A stretch of DNA of 55,912 nucleotides from Bacteroidota bacterium (GTDB lineage Bacteria; Bacteroidota; Bacteroidia; Bacteroidales; UBA12077): NCBI GenBank assembly GCA_051747085.1, contig JBNJFS010000002.1, forward strand, positions 1 through 55,912, given 5' to 3'. The number at the start of each line of letters is the position of its first letter. The first letter of the stretch is position 1. Of the stretch, positions 8,456 to 17,104 are shown one piece after another. The notes beneath the pieces are model-generated. The model was not told where the DNA came from and searched no databases. It saw nothing but the letters and a program-made list of their open reading frames with translations. The translations under genes and the position numbers were made by a program.

Positions 8456-9409
8456 ATGAAAAAATTCGAATACACCGAAAAAAAAGATACACGCTCAGGA
8501 TTTGGAGCAGGACTATATGAGTTAGGGAAACAAAATAACAATGTTGTTGCTTTATGCGCTGATCTTACGGGCTCCTTAAAAATGAATCAATTTGCAGAAG
8601 AATTCCCCGAAAGATTTTTTCAGTGTGGTATTGCTGAGGCAAATATGATGGGGGTTGCTGCAGGACTGACCATTGGCGGGAAAATTCCTTTTGTCGGGAC
8701 GTTTGCTAATTTTGCTACCGGAAGAGTTTACGACCAGGTTAGACAATCAATTGCCTACTCGGGGAAAAATGTAAAAATTTGTGCCTCACATGCCGGAATA
8801 ACATTAGGCGAAGATGGAGCTACCCATCAAATAATGGAAGATATTGGTTTGATGAAAATGCTTCCGGGAATGACCGTTATTAATCCGTGCGACTTTAACC
8901 AAACGAAAGCAGCCACAAAGGCCATTGCAGAACTCGAAGATCCGGTATACCTTCGTTTTGGTCGCCCTAAAGTGCCCAATTTTACTCCCGAAGATCAAAT
9001 CTTTGAAATCGGCAAAGCGCTTTTATTAAACGAAGGCACAGATGTTACCATTTTTGCAACCGGTCATTTGGTTTGGGAGTCTATTGAAGCAGCGCGGGAA
9101 TTAGAGCAAAAAGGAATCTCTACTGAAATAATTAATATTCACACCATTAAACCTCTCGATGTGGAGGCAGTCTTAGAATCTGTTTCAAAAACTAAAGCTG
9201 TTGTTACAGCAGAAGAACATTTACTAAATGGAGGATTAGGAGATTCAATTGCACAATTACTGGGCAGAAAAATGCCTACACCCATAGAAATGGTTGCTGT
9301 TGACGATCAATTTGGGGAAAGCGGAAAGCCCGAAGAATTATTAAAAAAATACGGCATCGATTCTTTAAATATTATAAAAGCAGTTGAAACAGTTTTAAAA
9401 AGAAAATAA
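8456..9409 (+). CDS. Transketolase, C-terminal (pyrimidine-binding plus C-terminal domain) subunit
   Basis: 'FQCGIAEANMMGVAAGL', 'SHAGITLGEDGATHQ', 'DPVYLRFGR'. Confidence 0.9.
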   Translation: MKKFEYTEKKDTRSGFGAGLYELGKQNNNVVALCADLTGSLKMNQFAEEFPERFFQCGIAEANMMGVAAGLTIGGKIPFVGTFANFATGRVYDQVRQSIAYSGKNVKICASHAGITLGEDGATHQIMEDIGLMKMLPGMTVINPCDFNQTKAATKAIAELEDPVYLRFGRPKVPNFTPEDQIFEIGKALLLNEGTDVTIFATGHLVWESIEAARELEQKGISTEIINIHTIKPLDVEAVLESVSKTKAVVTAEEHLLNGGLGDSIAQLLGRKMPTPIEMVAVDDQFGESGKPEELLKKYGIDSLNIIKAVETVLKRK

Positions 9410-9443
9410 TTTAGTTTAAAATTGCATTTTCTTAATCCGGTAT

Positions 9444-9992
9444 ATGTCTGATTATAGTGATAAAGAGTTATTAACTCTCTTTAAAAATAATGAAAAAAGG
9501 AATTATGCGTTTAACCTGATTGTTCGAAAATATCAGGAAAAGCTCTATTGGCATATCCGTAAAATTGTAATCAGCCACGATGATGCAGATGATATTTTAC
9601 AAAATACATTTATCAAAATCTGGAAAGGACTCGATGGGTTTAGAGAAGATTCAAAATTATATACCTGGTTATATCGTATTGCAACAAATGAATCGTTAAC
9701 TTTTTTAAAACAAAAGAAAACCAAATATTTATTACCTATTGTTGATTACGAAAACCAGCTAAAAGAAACCTTACAAAGCGACGAACATTTTAATGGAACA
9801 GAAATACAACTTAAATTGCAAAAAGCTATCTTAAAGTTACCGGAAAAACAACGGATAGTATTTAATATGAAATATTTTGAAGAGATGAAGTACGATGATA
9901 TGGCTGAAATTCTAAAAACATCAGTGGGTGCATTAAAAGCTTCCTATCATCATGCCGTTAAGAAGATTGAAAATTATTTTAAAGAAGATTAA
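9444..9992 (+). CDS. RNA polymerase ECF-type sigma-70 factor
   Basis: Region 2 'DADDILQNTFIKIWKGLDGFREDSKLYTWLYRIATNESL' and region 4 'LPEKQRIVFNMKYFEEMKYDDMAEIL'. Confidence 0.85.
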   Translation: MSDYSDKELLTLFKNNEKRNYAFNLIVRKYQEKLYWHIRKIVISHDDADDILQNTFIKIWKGLDGFREDSKLYTWLYRIATNESLTFLKQKKTKYLLPIVDYENQLKETLQSDEHFNGTEIQLKLQKAILKLPEKQRIVFNMKYFEEMKYDDMAEILKTSVGALKASYHHAVKKIENYFKED

Positions 9993-10048
9993 ACTTTTGT
10001 ATCTTATAAGTGTCAAAAAAACAAGGGAGTAAATTGGGGAGTATTAAA

Positions 10049-10498
10049 ATGAAAAAAGAATCAAATATAAAATTGAAAGATTTAAAGATAGAAAATAAGA
10101 ATCCATTTTCTGTCCCTGAAGGATATTTTGAGAATTTCCCTTCACGGGTACAGGAAAAAATTGTCTCAGAAACCAGGGAACCCAACAGAATCAAACAATT
10201 TTTTCATGTTGTAAAACCACAATTGGCATTAGGTTTTATGATTGCAGGATTTGCACTAATAGCCATAACTGCTATTGACACCATTATGTCAAACCGGGTC
10301 AAATCATCGGTTTCTAACGAAGTGTACACCCGTATTATTGAAGTGGATGCTTCCGAATATTCTGAGCAACAATTTATTGATATTCTACTCGAAGAAGAAA
10401 AAAAATCCTTTGAACAACAAAAGGAAGAAACTGACGAATATATCCACTACCTTATGGATGAAGGTATTGATTATGGAACATTAATTGATGAATTATAA
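10049..10498 (+). CDS. Putative membrane-anchored anti-sigma-like protein (hypothetical)
   Basis: Lies directly downstream of the ECF sigma gene and has a single TM helix 'LALGFMIAGFALIAITAI'. No recognisable domain. Start is uncertain (GTG 10010 or ATG 10049). Confidence 0.5.
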   Translation: MKKESNIKLKDLKIENKNPFSVPEGYFENFPSRVQEKIVSETREPNRIKQFFHVVKPQLALGFMIAGFALIAITAIDTIMSNRVKSSVSNEVYTRIIEVDASEYSEQQFIDILLEEEKKSFEQQKEETDEYIHYLMDEGIDYGTLIDEL

Positions 10499-10511
10499 AA
10501 AAACAGACAAA

Positions 10512-10970
10512 ATGAAAATATTTATTCCTTTTATACTAGTTCTGTCATTTGTATTCTCCGGATTACATTCAAATGCACAGGAGGCAGATAAAGTAAGTAA
10601 AGAGCAGCAAATAAAATCACAAAAGATTGCTTTCTTTACCGATAAAATTGGGTTAACACCCGAAGAAGCTGAAAAATTCTGGCCTATTTACAATAGTTAT
10701 TGGAAAAGAAAAAACTTGATCACTGCAGAACGTAAAGAAAAGATGACGTATTTTGCAGAAAATAGTGAAAAAATGTCTGAAAATGAGATGTTCCAATATG
10801 CCAATAAATATATCGATTACGAAATGCAATTAGCCGAATTGTTAAATGAGTATCATGAAAAGTTCAAAGAAATTTTACCTATAAAGAAAGTAATGAAGAT
10901 TTATTTGGCCGATTATGAATTTAAGACTTATCTATTAAAGAAAATACGTGGAAGTGATAAAGATGAATAA
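10512..10970 (+). CDS. Periplasmic helical protein, Spy/CpxP-like (hypothetical)
   Basis: Signal peptide 'MKIFIPFILVLSFVFSGLHSNAQ' followed by charged helical repeats 'LTPEEAEKFWPIY'. Third gene of the sigma module. I prefer the ATG at 10512. Confidence 0.6.
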   Translation: MKIFIPFILVLSFVFSGLHSNAQEADKVSKEQQIKSQKIAFFTDKIGLTPEEAEKFWPIYNSYWKRKNLITAERKEKMTYFAENSEKMSENEMFQYANKYIDYEMQLAELLNEYHEKFKEILPIKKVMKIYLADYEFKTYLLKKIRGSDKDE

Positions 10971-10999
10971 TTAAATTTTTTTTCTCATAATCATAGGGT

Positions 11000-11031
11000 A
11001 TGCCCCGGTTGTTCTCAATCGGGGCATTTTT
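11000..11031 (+). terminator. Rho-independent terminator after the sigma module
   Basis: Stem ATGCCCCG (11000..11007) / CGGGGCAT (11020..11027), followed by a T-run. Confidence 0.7.
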
Positions 11032-11045
11032 ATAGATAATTATTT

Positions 11046-12545
11046 TTAAGGAAGTTCTAACTCAACTTCTTTAAGATAGTCTACTGAACGGGCAATATCA
11101 TCATACATGGTTTTATCCTGGTCGATAAACTTTACTCTTTTACGATAGTCAGCAACAAACTTCTCGATAAAAGGCGATGATTTTGCCGGACGTTGAAACT
11201 CTAAAGCCTGTGCAGCACTAAACAATTCAATAGCCAATATACGCTCTAAATTTTGAGCAACCTTATATGCTTTGGTTGCAGCATTAGCTCCCATGCTAAC
11301 ATGATCTTCCTGTCCTTGTGAAGATTCAATGGTATCAACTGAGGCAGGGGTTGATAATTGTTTATTACTACTTACCATGGATGCCGCTGTATATTGAGGA
11401 ATCATAAATCCACTGTTTAATCCCGGATTTGCTACCAAAAAAGAAGGAAGGCCACGTTTACCAGCCAATAACTGATAGGTTCTGCGTTCGGAAATGCTTC
11501 CTAACTCGGCCATTGCAATAGACAAATTATCAAGCGCCAAAGCTAAAGGCTGCCCATGAAAATTCCCGGCAGAAATGATCAAATCTTCATCCGGAAAAAT
11601 GGTCGGATTATCCGTTACGGCATTCATCTCATGGCTAAAAACCCCAGCAACATAATCAATTGAATCTTTTGATGCTCCATGCACCTGAGGAATACATCGA
11701 AAAGAATATGGATCCTGTACATGAACCTTTGGACGTTTAATTAATTCACTTCCTTCCAACAAAAATCGTATGGCGCTTGCCGTTTTTATTTGGCCTGCAT
11801 GATGTCTAACCTGATGAACAGAATCATGGAATGGTTCAATCCGACCATCGAAAGCATCCAGCGAAATAGCTCCAATTACATCAGCTAATTGCGAAAGTTT
11901 CCTGACTTTTAAAACCAGATAAACGCCAAAAGCACTCATAAACTGAGTCCCGTTTAGAAGGGCTAATCCTTCTTTCGATTTCAGATGAATGGGGCCCCAA
12001 TTCATTTTTTTCAATAACTCCGAACCGGAAATTCTTTCTCCTTTATAGTTAACCTCACCCATTCCTAACATTGGCAAACACAAATGAGCTAAAGGAGCTA
12101 AATCTCCCGATGCTCCTAATGAACCATATTGATAAACAACCGGTAAAATATCATGATTAAAAAAATCTATTAATCGCTCAACCGTTTCTAACTGAACACC
12201 CGAATGGCCATAAGAAAGCGACTGGATTTTTAATAAAATCATTAACTTAACAATTCCAGAAGAAACCTCGTCGCCGGTGCCACAGGCATGAGACATAACC
12301 AAATTCTTTTGTAAATTTCCTAAATCTTTTTTGGATATTCGTTTGTTATATAAAGCCCCAAAACCTGTATTAATACCATAAATTGGCTCATTTTGCGTTT
12401 CCATTTTCTGATCCAGATAATTGCGGCACTTATGAATTTGACGCTTTGATTGATCGGACAAAGCCAGCTTATATCCTTCCTCAATTATTTGTTGTATTGT
12501 ATTAAAAGTTAATGTATCGTTAGAAATATAATGTATTTTTTTCAT
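11046..12545 (-). CDS. hutH: Histidine ammonia-lyase
   Basis: MIO-forming 'GSLGASGDLAPLAHL'. The 'VMSHACGTG' Ser-His pair is typical of HAL rather than PAL/TAL. Confidence 0.85.
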   Translation of the reverse strand: MKKIHYISNDTLTFNTIQQIIEEGYKLALSDQSKRQIHKCRNYLDQKMETQNEPIYGINTGFGALYNKRISKKDLGNLQKNLVMSHACGTGDEVSSGIVKLMILLKIQSLSYGHSGVQLETVERLIDFFNHDILPVVYQYGSLGASGDLAPLAHLCLPMLGMGEVNYKGERISGSELLKKMNWGPIHLKSKEGLALLNGTQFMSAFGVYLVLKVRKLSQLADVIGAISLDAFDGRIEPFHDSVHQVRHHAGQIKTASAIRFLLEGSELIKRPKVHVQDPYSFRCIPQVHGASKDSIDYVAGVFSHEMNAVTDNPTIFPDEDLIISAGNFHGQPLALALDNLSIAMAELGSISERRTYQLLAGKRGLPSFLVANPGLNSGFMIPQYTAASMVSSNKQLSTPASVDTIESSQGQEDHVSMGANAATKAYKVAQNLERILAIELFSAAQALEFQRPAKSSPFIEKFVADYRKRVKFIDQDKTMYDDIARSVDYLKEVELELP

Positions 12546-12689
12546 GCTGAAATTTAAATTTGTGTGAATAAATAAATATATAAAAATAAGCTATGAAATA
12601 TTACATTCATGGAAAACGAATATCTTTTCCCGACACGATAACAGGTCTTTTCCCTCCTGAAATACAAATATTTTGATTTATTATATGTA

Positions 12690-14069
12690 TCATTTACGCT
12701 GTAATGATTGTAATGATTGTAATAACGTATCGAATGACATTTCGGTTTGTTCGCCGCTAATCATGTTTTTAACCGATAAGATATTTTTTTTCATTTCGTT
12801 TTCACCCACCAATATCACGTAAGGAACATTTTTATTATTGGCATAGGTCATTTGCTTTTTCATCTTAGCCGAATCGGGGAAAATTTCAGCATTTATTCCC
12901 TTATCGCGTAATTTCTGAAGTAATGGCAAGCAATATTGCTCTTCCTTTTCTCCAAAATTGACAAACATCACTTTTGTTGAAGATACAATTTCTTCAGGGA
13001 AGACTTGTAGCTGCTCCATTACATCGTAAATGCGGTCGGCACCGAATGACACTCCCACCCCGGATACATCTTTTAACCCAAAAACACCGGTTAAATCGTC
13101 GTAGCGACCACCACCACAAATACTACCCATCTTCACATCCTGTGCTTTAACTTCTATAATAGCTCCGGTATAATAATTTAATCCGCGGGCTAAAGTTAAA
13201 TCCAATTCTATTTCCGTTTTTATGGTAAGTGCTTCAACGTAGCTTAGCACTTTTTTAATTTCTTCTGTTCCTTTTAATCCAATGGTTGATTCTTTTAACA
13301 TTGATTGAAGAAAATCAATTTTTTGGCGGTTATCTTTATCAAATACATCAATAATTTCAAAAATTTTCGTTATTTGATTTTCTAAGAATCCAACTTGTTT
13401 TAATTCACTCTTTACACCCTCTTTACCAATTTTATCCAATTTATCGAGCGCAACGGTAAACGCTGTAAATTTATCTTCAGCGGCAATAATTTCTGCAATA
13501 CCTAACAATATTTTACGGTTGTTAAGTTTTATGACCGAATTGATATTTAATGATTGAAAAACTTTATCAATAATTTGAATTAGCTCAGCCTCATTCAATA
13601 AGGAGTTACTTCCAATAACATCCACATCGCACTGGTAAAATTCACGGTAACGCCCTTTTTGCGGCCTGTCGGCACGCCAAACCGGTTGGATCTGATATCG
13701 TTTAAAAGGAAAAGTAATATCATTAAGGTGTTGTACAACAAAACGTGCAAAAGGCACCGTTAAATCGTAACGCAAACCTTTTTCACAAATTTCAAGGGCT
13801 AACTTATTTAAATCAGGATTGGATAAATCAGATTTAACTTTTTTAAGAAAATCACCTGAGTTTAAAATTTTAAACAATAACTTATCCCCTTCGTCTCCAT
13901 ATTTCCCCAGCAGACTCGATAAATTCTCCATAGCAGGAGTTTCAATGGGTAAATATCCAAATTGCTTAAATACATCTTTTATGGTATCGAAGATAAAATT
14001 ACGTTTTACCATTTCAACAGGTGAAAAATCGCGAGTGCCTTTTGGTATTGAGGGTTTTTGTACAGCCAT
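12690..14069 (-). CDS. hisS: Histidine--tRNA ligase
   Basis: Class II motifs 'GTRDFSP', '[14 protein letters not shown]', 'GGGRYD', plus a C-terminal anticodon-binding domain. Confidence 0.92.
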   Translation of the reverse strand: MAVQKPSIPKGTRDFSPVEMVKRNFIFDTIKDVFKQFGYLPIETPAMENLSSLLGKYGDEGDKLLFKILNSGDFLKKVKSDLSNPDLNKLALEICEKGLRYDLTVPFARFVVQHLNDITFPFKRYQIQPVWRADRPQKGRYREFYQCDVDVIGSNSLLNEAELIQIIDKVFQSLNINSVIKLNNRKILLGIAEIIAAEDKFTAFTVALDKLDKIGKEGVKSELKQVGFLENQITKIFEIIDVFDKDNRQKIDFLQSMLKESTIGLKGTEEIKKVLSYVEALTIKTEIELDLTLARGLNYYTGAIIEVKAQDVKMGSICGGGRYDDLTGVFGLKDVSGVGVSFGADRIYDVMEQLQVFPEEIVSSTKVMFVNFGEKEEQYCLPLLQKLRDKGINAEIFPDSAKMKKQMTYANNKNVPYVILVGENEMKKNILSVKNMISGEQTEMSFDTLLQSLQSLQRK

Positions 14070-14149
14070 ATGTTTATACTATTTTTTATAATTGCAAATA
14101 TAGAATAAAAATAAAGGGTTATAAAATGAAACAATGGAAACAATTGATT

Positions 14150-14183
14150 AAAAATAACCCCTGCAGAAATTAATCTGCAGGGG
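14150..14183 (-). terminator. Rho-independent terminator after 14216..15085
   Basis: 9-bp stem CCCCTGCAG (14158..14166) / CTGCAGGGG (14175..14183), with a U-rich tract on the minus strand. Confidence 0.7.
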
Positions 14184-14215
14184 TTTAACAGGAATAATTA
14201 AATTTTAATTTTTAA

Positions 14216-15085
14216 TTAAAAAATAGAACTTCGTCCCTTTGCCAGTTTTTTAAAATCTTTTTCTAAAATACCATCAAAGTTTTTTGTTCTTTCAACCCAA
14301 TGATAATCAAAATAGTAAAAGTTTGCATCTTTTGCACCAACGATAATTTTATAACAACGTGCGCGTAACCTTGTTCCTTGTGGACCTACTTTGTGTAAGT
14401 ATACCACATTGGGGTCGCGTTTCTGGATTGCTTCTTCAATCTCTTCGCGGGTTACAAATTTAAATTTATAAGGATATACCTTTTTCAACTTAGCCTCGGT
14501 GTTTATTTTGGGTGATACCTCATCTCTGATAAGATATAGCGTTTTTTGCTTTATATCTTTCATATTATCATTGTAATGCTTAAAAATATTCTTCTTAATA
14601 ATGCTTGGATCTTTTTTCATATTTACAATATGATTTTGAAGAAAACGAACCAGGGACTCTACTTTATATACCCAATACTCTTCATCAACTTCTTTGTAGG
14701 ACATTGGAATAGAGGCTACATCCGGCAAGTCATTAAAATCATCAATACCTCTTTTACCGATAAAAAGATTGAGAAAATTATATCTAACCTTCGTTTTATC
14801 ATTTTCAAATAACACCTGAGTCATCATTAAAAATGATTTATCAGGGTCATTATACATTTCTTCAAATTGCTTGAAAGAGATAAATTCATAATCGGTTAGG
14901 TTCCAGGTTTCTTTTACTGCTTGCTGAATTTTGAAATTATAGGCCGCAATAGGATTTGATTCCAACACAACATATAATTTTGAATTAAAAAACTGATTTA
15001 AATCTGCTTCTGTGGGCAGGTAATCCTGGGCAGTCAGATTTAACGAGAATGCTCCTAAAAATAGTGCAAATAATAATTTCTTCAT
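14216..15085 (-). CDS. Secreted hypothetical protein
   Basis: 289-aa ORF with signal peptide 'MKKLLFALFLGAFSLNLTAQ'. No recognisable domain. Confidence 0.65.
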   Translation of the reverse strand: MKKLLFALFLGAFSLNLTAQDYLPTEADLNQFFNSKLYVVLESNPIAAYNFKIQQAVKETWNLTDYEFISFKQFEEMYNDPDKSFLMMTQVLFENDKTKVRYNFLNLFIGKRGIDDFNDLPDVASIPMSYKEVDEEYWVYKVESLVRFLQNHIVNMKKDPSIIKKNIFKHYNDNMKDIKQKTLYLIRDEVSPKINTEAKLKKVYPYKFKFVTREEIEEAIQKRDPNVVYLHKVGPQGTRLRARCYKIIVGAKDANFYYFDYHWVERTKNFDGILEKDFKKLAKGRSSIF

Positions 15086-15352
15086 GATTTTATTTTTTTA
15101 ATTTTTTAAATGGGCTTACTTTAAATCAACAAAAATTAAACCGAAATTTACATAAGATTTAAAAATAATGCTATTATAAAGAATAATAAAATTTTAAAAA
15201 TATAAAAATCAGCATTAATCTTTCATTGTATAAGGTTAATCAAAAAACCTATATTTTCATTTAAGTATAATAATTTATAGGTTTTATTTAGTAAATTTAC
15301 AAAAGCAAATACAAATTTGTATATTGTATTATTTCTTAAATAGTCGTATTGT

Positions 15353-17086
15353 ATGAAAATAATTGAGAAGCTAATAAGACTTTGGAGTATTAATTCTGAA
15401 AAATTAGAACAAAACAGCGACACTTTGCATAAGGCTACTGTATTTAATTTTTATAGTACCATAACGAATATCTTATTGTTTATTTTTAGCATTATTAATG
15501 TTATTCAAGGAAATTACTTAAACTTTTTTATTGTAAGCTCAGTGTTTATCATCCTAATAATCAATCATTTTCACTTTAAAACAAAATTTCAATTAAAAAC
15601 TTCATTAACCATTTATATCCTGGCAATATCCATTTTTTTCCTTTGGCTTATATTTGCCGGAAACATTTATAATCAGGGGATTTTAGTTTTTGGATTTTAT
15701 CCAATATTAACAATTATCCTGTTAGGTTTAAAAAAAGGAAATCAAGCTTCTCTTATATTTTTCCCACTAAGTATTATTGGGCTCATTCTACCTTATCTTA
15801 TTGAAACAATTTTTGATTTTTCCCTTTCAAACATTATTCTTTATACGCTAATTTATGCCGGTTCATTAATTTTCATCAATATTTACTTAAAGCTTATTGA
15901 GCAAAAACAAAATAAACTAATCGGTGAAAAAAATGAAGCTCAAAAAGAAACCTTGTCCAAAGAAAGTTTCATTTCAAAAATTTCACATCAGATAAGAACC
16001 CCTTTAAATAATATTGTTGTCGTAACAAATATTGTTAACAACTCTAATCTTGATGAAAAACAAAGAGACTTAATTGATACTATCCAGGCGTCGACAAACA
16101 ACCTGGTTAATGTGGTTAATAATATTGCCGAATTATCGAATGTTGATATTTTACAAAGTAAAGACTACAATCAGTTTTTTAATCTTGAAACTACCATTAC
16201 AAATACAATTAAGCTATTTACCGATGTTGACAATAATGACATTTCATTACCGGTGAACTTTCAGGATAAGATTAACTATCAGCTTTATGGCGATCCGGTT
16301 AAAATAAAACAGATATTTCTTAATTTAATCGAAAATATTTTAAAGAACTCAAAAAGCGGCCAAAAAAAGATTCAATTAGATATTAACAGCCAAAATGAAC
16401 AAAACAATACAATAGATATTGTATTTAAGATATCCACCCATGATTTTGTGCATATTCCTGAAATAACCAAAATACAAAATACCATAAAATCTCAAAAAGA
16501 ACGAAATGCAGCTTTAATAAAATTACTCGATTTAAATATTGCCAGGCGAATTATTGAATCTATAGGAGGAACCTTTGATATAAATATTTCATCCGACTTA
16601 TTTAAATTCGAATTTATTATTGAGTTTAAAAAAGGAGATTTGTTTTCTGAAGAAAAGGATTCACAAAATGAGTCTGCAATTCCGGAAATTAAGACAGATG
16701 CCAAAATTAAGCTTTCTGATGCCAATGTATTATTAGTAGAAGACAACCTTATTAATCAGAAAATTGTGCTTCTCAGCTTAAAAAAAGCGGTAAAAAATGT
16801 GGATATTGCCAATAATGGGAAAGAAGCTCTTGATAAATTTGGATCCGTTAAATACGATGTTATTTTAATGGATATTCAGATGCCCATAATGAATGGAATT
16901 GTAACAACCAAGAAGATAAGGAATATTGAAAAAAGCAGCAATACACATACCCCAATTATTGCCATTACCGCTAATGCACTTTTAGGGGACAAAGAAGAAT
17001 GTCTGGCTGCAGGAATGGATGACTACATAAGTAAACCATTTCAGATTGAAACATTAATAAAAAAGATTGAAATGCATCTAGAATAA
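15353..17086 (+). CDS. Hybrid sensor histidine kinase / response regulator with polytopic N-terminal membrane domain
   Basis: About 6 TM helices, H-box 'FISKISHQIRTPLNNI', N-box 'IFLNLIENILKNS', and REC domain 'VLLVEDNLINQ...DVILMDIQMPIMNG...ITANALLGDKEECLAAGMDDYISKPF'. Confidence 0.85.
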   Translation: MKIIEKLIRLWSINSEKLEQNSDTLHKATVFNFYSTITNILLFIFSIINVIQGNYLNFFIVSSVFIILIINHFHFKTKFQLKTSLTIYILAISIFFLWLIFAGNIYNQGILVFGFYPILTIILLGLKKGNQASLIFFPLSIIGLILPYLIETIFDFSLSNIILYTLIYAGSLIFINIYLKLIEQKQNKLIGEKNEAQKETLSKESFISKISHQIRTPLNNIVVVTNIVNNSNLDEKQRDLIDTIQASTNNLVNVVNNIAELSNVDILQSKDYNQFFNLETTITNTIKLFTDVDNNDISLPVNFQDKINYQLYGDPVKIKQIFLNLIENILKNSKSGQKKIQLDINSQNEQNNTIDIVFKISTHDFVHIPEITKIQNTIKSQKERNAALIKLLDLNIARRIIESIGGTFDINISSDLFKFEFIIEFKKGDLFSEEKDSQNESAIPEIKTDAKIKLSDANVLLVEDNLINQKIVLLSLKKAVKNVDIANNGKEALDKFGSVKYDVILMDIQMPIMNGIVTTKKIRNIEKSSNTHTPIIAITANALLGDKEECLAAGMDDYISKPFQIETLIKKIEMHLE

Positions 17087-17104
17087 TTAATTGGAGGCAT
17101 CATT

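Noticed and set aside
15309-15322. Perfect 14-bp palindrome ATACAAATTTGTAT about 30 nt upstream of the hybrid kinase start, plus a nearby 10-bp-stem hairpin (15244..15285).
   Set aside because: In DNA this AT-rich, 7-bp-arm AT palindromes are expected by chance several times per 56 kb. There is no second copy and no associated regulator. I consider it not distinguishable from background.
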